Source of the DNA: a virus
Lineage: Duplodnaviria; Caudoviricetes
Strand: one strand, 5' to 3'
Length of the DNA stretch: 64,000 nucleotides
Virus record (IMG/VR): IMGVR_UViG_3300021431_004509
Span: 32,001 to 96,000 of that record
The position numbers were made by a program, and so were the translations under genes. The notes under the pieces are model-generated. The model was not told where the DNA came from and did no database searches. It saw nothing but the letters and a program-made list of their open reading frames with translations. Positions 60,471 to 64,000 of the stretch are shown piece by piece; the first letter of the stretch is position 1, and each line of letters opens with the position of its first letter.

Positions 60471-60959
60471 ATGGACAAGGAATACGAAGAGAGTGTACAG
60501 GATTTTCTGGGGCAGTTCCCGGAGCCAGATATGGAACCGGAGGACAGGGCCCCTCCGCCAGAGAAACAGCGCCCGAAAAACAAAGACGGTGTTCCGATCC
60601 CTCCTGGATCTTTACACTTTGATATCCCTAACGATGGGTATTTGCAGGACGCACGGATTTACGATATGCGCGCCGACCAGGGTGAAATTGTATGGAACCC
60701 TCGTCCATTTGATGATGGTTTTTCAGTCACGCTCGACGGCTCGGCAGTCAATGAAGACCTGTTGAACGATATCATCTGGGGAAGGGGTATTTCCGTAACG
60801 GGTCCCATAACAGCGACGATAACAAACGCAGGCCCGATCGGCGTAACTGGTACGACAGCAAATACCGGGTATACGTTGTCTGACATCACCGACGCGATAA
60901 CCCGTGTTACTCAGCGCTTTAATCAGCAATACACAACAACCAACTTTAACACACCGTAG
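60471..60959 (+). CDS. Hypothetical protein, Thr-rich C-terminus
   Basis: AGGAG RBS. Confidence 0.55.
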   Translation: MDKEYEESVQDFLGQFPEPDMEPEDRAPPPEKQRPKNKDGVPIPPGSLHFDIPNDGYLQDARIYDMRADQGEIVWNPRPFDDGFSVTLDGSAVNEDLLNDIIWGRGISVTGPITATITNAGPIGVTGTTANTGYTLSDITDAITRVTQRFNQQYTTTNFNTP

Positions 60960-60974
60960 AAAGGATGATGCCAC

Positions 60975-62138
60975 TTGATCTACTTGGACAACGCGGCCAC
61001 GACCGCGATGCGTCCGGAGGTTCTGGACGCCATGTTCCCGTACATGAAAGAAGCTTACGGGAATCCCGGCTCTGTGTACAGCCTCGGCCGCGAGGCAAGA
61101 GCAGCCGTCGACACGGCCCGCTCTCAGGTCGCAGAGTTTATGGGCTGCAAGCCGGAACAGGTGGTCTTCACCTCCGGCGGCTCTGAGGGAAACAACCTCA
61201 TTATCCGCGGCCTGGAGGAGGAACTGCGCCGCAGGGGTAGAACGTCTGTCGTCGTCTCAAAGATCGAGCACGACAGTGTGCTCAAAGCAGCCCGTGCTCT
61301 CTGTATAAAAGACGGATTTCATTTGCTTACGGTCTCGCCGAATAAGTTCGGCATGATCCCAGCCTGCTCCGTCTCCCAACAGCTTCGGTTTAACAGAACC
61401 GGACTTGTTTCCGTCATGGCGGCCAACAACGAAACCGGCGTGGAAAACACCGTCAGCTGGATCAGCGACATCTGCCACGATGACGGGGCTTTGTTCCATA
61501 CCGATATGGTGCAGGAGGCCGGGTGCGCCCCGCTCCGCGTCACAGAACAGGGGGTGGATTTCGCGACCATCTCTTCCCACAAGATCCACGGCCCGAAAGG
61601 GGTCGGCGCCATTTACGGGAAGGATCTTTCGCTGCTCTCGCCGCTGATCTGCGGCGGTGCCGATCAGGAATTCGGGCTTCGCGGCGGTACGGAAAACGTG
61701 GCCGGGATCGTAGGCTTTGGGAAAGCCTGCGAGATTTCCAGCAGGGAGCTTGCGGCAAACGCAGCTGCGATGAAAGAGCTGTGGCTGCTCTTCTTGAACA
61801 CGCTCAAAGGGAAATTGAAAATCGGAAAGGACTTTGCAGTCAACGGTCTCGGCGCCTGCACCACACGCAAGGCGATAAGCGTCCTGTTCCCGGGTGTGGA
61901 CGCCCAGAGCCTGATCCTGATGCTCGATGCACTGGGTATTTGTGTGTCGGCTGGTTCCGCCTGCCGCAGTCATGAGTCCACGCCGAGCCATGTGCTCACG
62001 GCGATGGGGCTTTCGGCCGAGGATGCGCACAGCACCATACGCGTGTCGTTTTCCGAGCTGAACACGCCGGAGGAAGTCGCGTTTGCAGCGAATAAAATCG
62101 CGGACTGTGTGAATTACATCAGGGAAATCCGTGTATGA
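60975..62138 (+). CDS. iscS: Cysteine desulfurase (IscS/NifS)
   Basis: YLDNAATT, NNETG, SSHKIHGPKGVG (PLP Lys), SAGSAC. Confidence 0.95.
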   Translation: MIYLDNAATTAMRPEVLDAMFPYMKEAYGNPGSVYSLGREARAAVDTARSQVAEFMGCKPEQVVFTSGGSEGNNLIIRGLEEELRRRGRTSVVVSKIEHDSVLKAARALCIKDGFHLLTVSPNKFGMIPACSVSQQLRFNRTGLVSVMAANNETGVENTVSWISDICHDDGALFHTDMVQEAGCAPLRVTEQGVDFATISSHKIHGPKGVGAIYGKDLSLLSPLICGGADQEFGLRGGTENVAGIVGFGKACEISSRELAANAAAMKELWLLFLNTLKGKLKIGKDFAVNGLGACTTRKAISVLFPGVDAQSLILMLDALGICVSAGSACRSHESTPSHVLTAMGLSAEDAHSTIRVSFSELNTPEEVAFAANKIADCVNYIREIRV

Positions 62139-62364
62139 CCGGTGGAAAATGACTGAGCTGAAATATCCAAGGGGTGAGCACGTCTGGACCGGGTATTACA
62201 GCAGGTCCGGGCAGCTCCTCTTTATCGTCACCAGTAAAGAAGCCCGCGACTGGTACTATTTATACAAGCTCGAAAACGACGTCTTCAAAAAGCTTGGCAA
62301 AGCGCGTGAACCGCCTGAGCTTGAACAAAAATTTGGTGTATATGAGGCGATAAACAACAATTGA
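62131..62364 (+). CDS. Small hypothetical protein
   Basis: Coupled ORF. Confidence 0.55.
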   Translation: MYDRWKMTELKYPRGEHVWTGYYSRSGQLLFIVTSKEARDWYYLYKLENDVFKKLGKAREPPELEQKFGVYEAINNN

Positions 62365-62415
62365 ACCGAGAGGAAAACTATGATAAGATTGTCAGCAGAA
62401 ACGGAGGGATCTCAA

Positions 62416-62780
62416 TGGATGTAGAAGAAAAAATGGACGGCAGGATGGAGGATTTGATTGTCGCCATTGGGAAACTTATGGCGGCGGAAGATGCAAAGAC
62501 TTCTATCCTGAACAAGGATAGGCTCAGGAAAGTCAAATTCGTGTACGACGCAATCAAGACGATGCTTTTAAAGCCTGAAATGGAGCTGACCTACGAGCTT
62601 AACGCGCCGCTGAAAAGCATGGCAAGCATCTCCCTTACGGGGAAGGATCTTTGCTTTTCAAATGCGGAGTGGTTCTCCAGAGCCGCGGAATTTTCTGATA
62701 CCATTGACGTCGAACCGCTCGTAAACGGCAAGGTCAGGTTGACGTTCGGTTTCCACGGGCTTACAACCCCAATTGAATAA
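62416..62780 (+). CDS. Hypothetical protein
   Basis: GGAGG RBS. Confidence 0.65.
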
Positions 62781-62792
62781 GGTGGTGATTCT

Positions 62793-63131
62793 ATGAAGCT
62801 GACTTGTTTTGACGCCGTTGATCTGGCGATTGCCGGGGCGATTGAAAGCCACGGATTCCATGAAACCTGTAATTACAGGATGGATGTCGTCCAGGCAGAT
62901 TGCAAACGGATGGATAAGATCGCAGATGAAAACGACTGCGATTCCGTAAGTGCGTCCGTCGATACGATGAGTGGCGCGTTGACGGTTTCTCTCCGCTGCC
63001 CGGTCATCGAATTTGATACAAGCCGCAATGCGTTTCTGGATATCATCGAACATGCGGATCTTTTCCGGTTCAGCTTTGAAGACGACAATGTGCTTCTGTC
63101 GTTTACCTACCAGGGGGTGCTTTCCAAGTGA
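62793..63131 (+). CDS. Hypothetical protein
   Basis: RBS, coupled. Confidence 0.65.
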   Translation: MKLTCFDAVDLAIAGAIESHGFHETCNYRMDVVQADCKRMDKIADENDCDSVSASVDTMSGALTVSLRCPVIEFDTSRNAFLDIIEHADLFRFSFEDDNVLLSFTYQGVLSK

Positions 63132-63376
63132 ATAGGGAAAGACGCGCAAAGATCAGCATGGCGATTGATAAGATCCACACCGCGGGGCATCTCTTGTCCC
63201 AAGCCGTGACCTATATTTCGTCCGCGGCAGACGGCGAGCGGGACGCGTTCGACAATCTCCCGGAGAGTCTGCAGGAATCTGACCGGTTTTCTTCAATGGA
63301 AGACACGGCAGACGAACTGGAGACGATATCGTCAGACCTGGATGATATCGTCTCTCGTATTAATGGGTTGATTTAA
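63128..63376 (+). CDS. Small helical phage protein
   Basis: MN.ERR...E..AFDNLPESLQ. Confidence 0.7.
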   Translation: MNRERRAKISMAIDKIHTAGHLLSQAVTYISSAADGERDAFDNLPESLQESDRFSSMEDTADELETISSDLDDIVSRINGLI

Positions 63377-63400
63377 TTTGTTGTTATAGGAGAGGGTATT

Positions 63401-64000
63401 ATGTTCTGGATTCCGATCGCTGTTCTGGTTTTCTTTGCTCACGTTATTCTTCTCGCCGTCGGTAACGCGAAGGATGCAAATAATAAACGCAAGGAAGACG
63501 CTTTCAAACAAGAGCGGGACCGCTTCATCAAGGCAGTAACCGACGAACGCCTTGAAGAAAAAGCAAAGGATCTTGCCGTGTCTATGTCAAAGGAAGAGCG
63601 TCTTAGATTCATTGGGGAATTTGCCGGCGACAGCAGTTTGCATTGGGAATATCTTGCATTTCCATCTATGGCCGGGCCAGAAGAAAATAAATATACAGAT
63701 ATGTGGGGTACCTACATCCTTGCCTTTATGGCATCAAAAGGGAAACTGCCAAGAAGGGGTGTATATGATATTATCTATCATAGCTGTTGCAATACTGTGG
63801 ATGGGCGCGAGGAGACTGATAGGATGGCATTTATGATGATGTCAAAAGTACAGAGTATACTGAGAGCACGTTACCCAGAACTTGGTATAGAGCTTTTAAT
63901 CCAGCCTGCAGGCGGAGGCCCGATTGGATATTACCGATTTGATGAGTATAAGAATAAGCTTGGTACAGGGAAGTTGAGAAGTGAAATGGCACGCACCAGA
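63401..64000 (+). CDS. Membrane-anchored protein (partial)
   Basis: RBS and ATG at 63401, N-terminal TM helix, frame runs off the window. Confidence 0.65.
   Translation, partial: MFWIPIAVLVFFAHVILLAVGNAKDANNKRKEDAFKQERDRFIKAVTDERLEEKAKDLAVSMSKEERLRFIGEFAGDSSLHWEYLAFPSMAGPEENKYTDMWGTYILAFMASKGKLPRRGVYDIIYHSCCNTVDGREETDRMAFMMMSKVQSILRARYPELGIELLIQPAGGGPIGYYRFDEYKNKLGTGKLRSEMARTR

Overview
This window is part of a large SPbeta-like tailed dsDNA phage or prophage, probably of a Clostridia-type Firmicutes host (inferred from AGGAGG RBSs, sigma-A promoters and gene order). Positions 1-25.7 kb are a minus-strand block: helicase-like gene, YonO-like single-subunit RNA polymerase, phosphoesterase, tyrosine recombinase, HU, terminase, portal, protease/scaffold, capsid, neck and tail genes, ending in a partial tape measure gene. 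Positions 25.7-28.8 kb are a divergent control region with two perfect sigma-70 promoters, a sigma/HTH-like gene and repeated 31-bp sites. Positions 28.8-64 kb are a plus-strand early/accessory region with many small ORFs, 11 canonical tRNAs plus one atypical tRNA, a Pnkp-RNA ligase fusion, IscS, a nucleotidyltransferase and a second tyrosine recombinase. The main finding is one retron-type reverse transcriptase (39984-41153) accompanied by four dispersed retron-like ncRNA units (39654-39960, 41165-41470, 43882-44234, 55595-55782). They share a covarying msr-like scaffold (closing stem, unpaired G, two hairpins) but carry unrelated msd-like cargo. The RT lies directly downstream of a complete phage-encoded Ubl/E2/JAB/E1 gene set. 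A separate ~450-nt structured RNA candidate lies at 44906-45359. All calls are from manual reading; no database searches were run.
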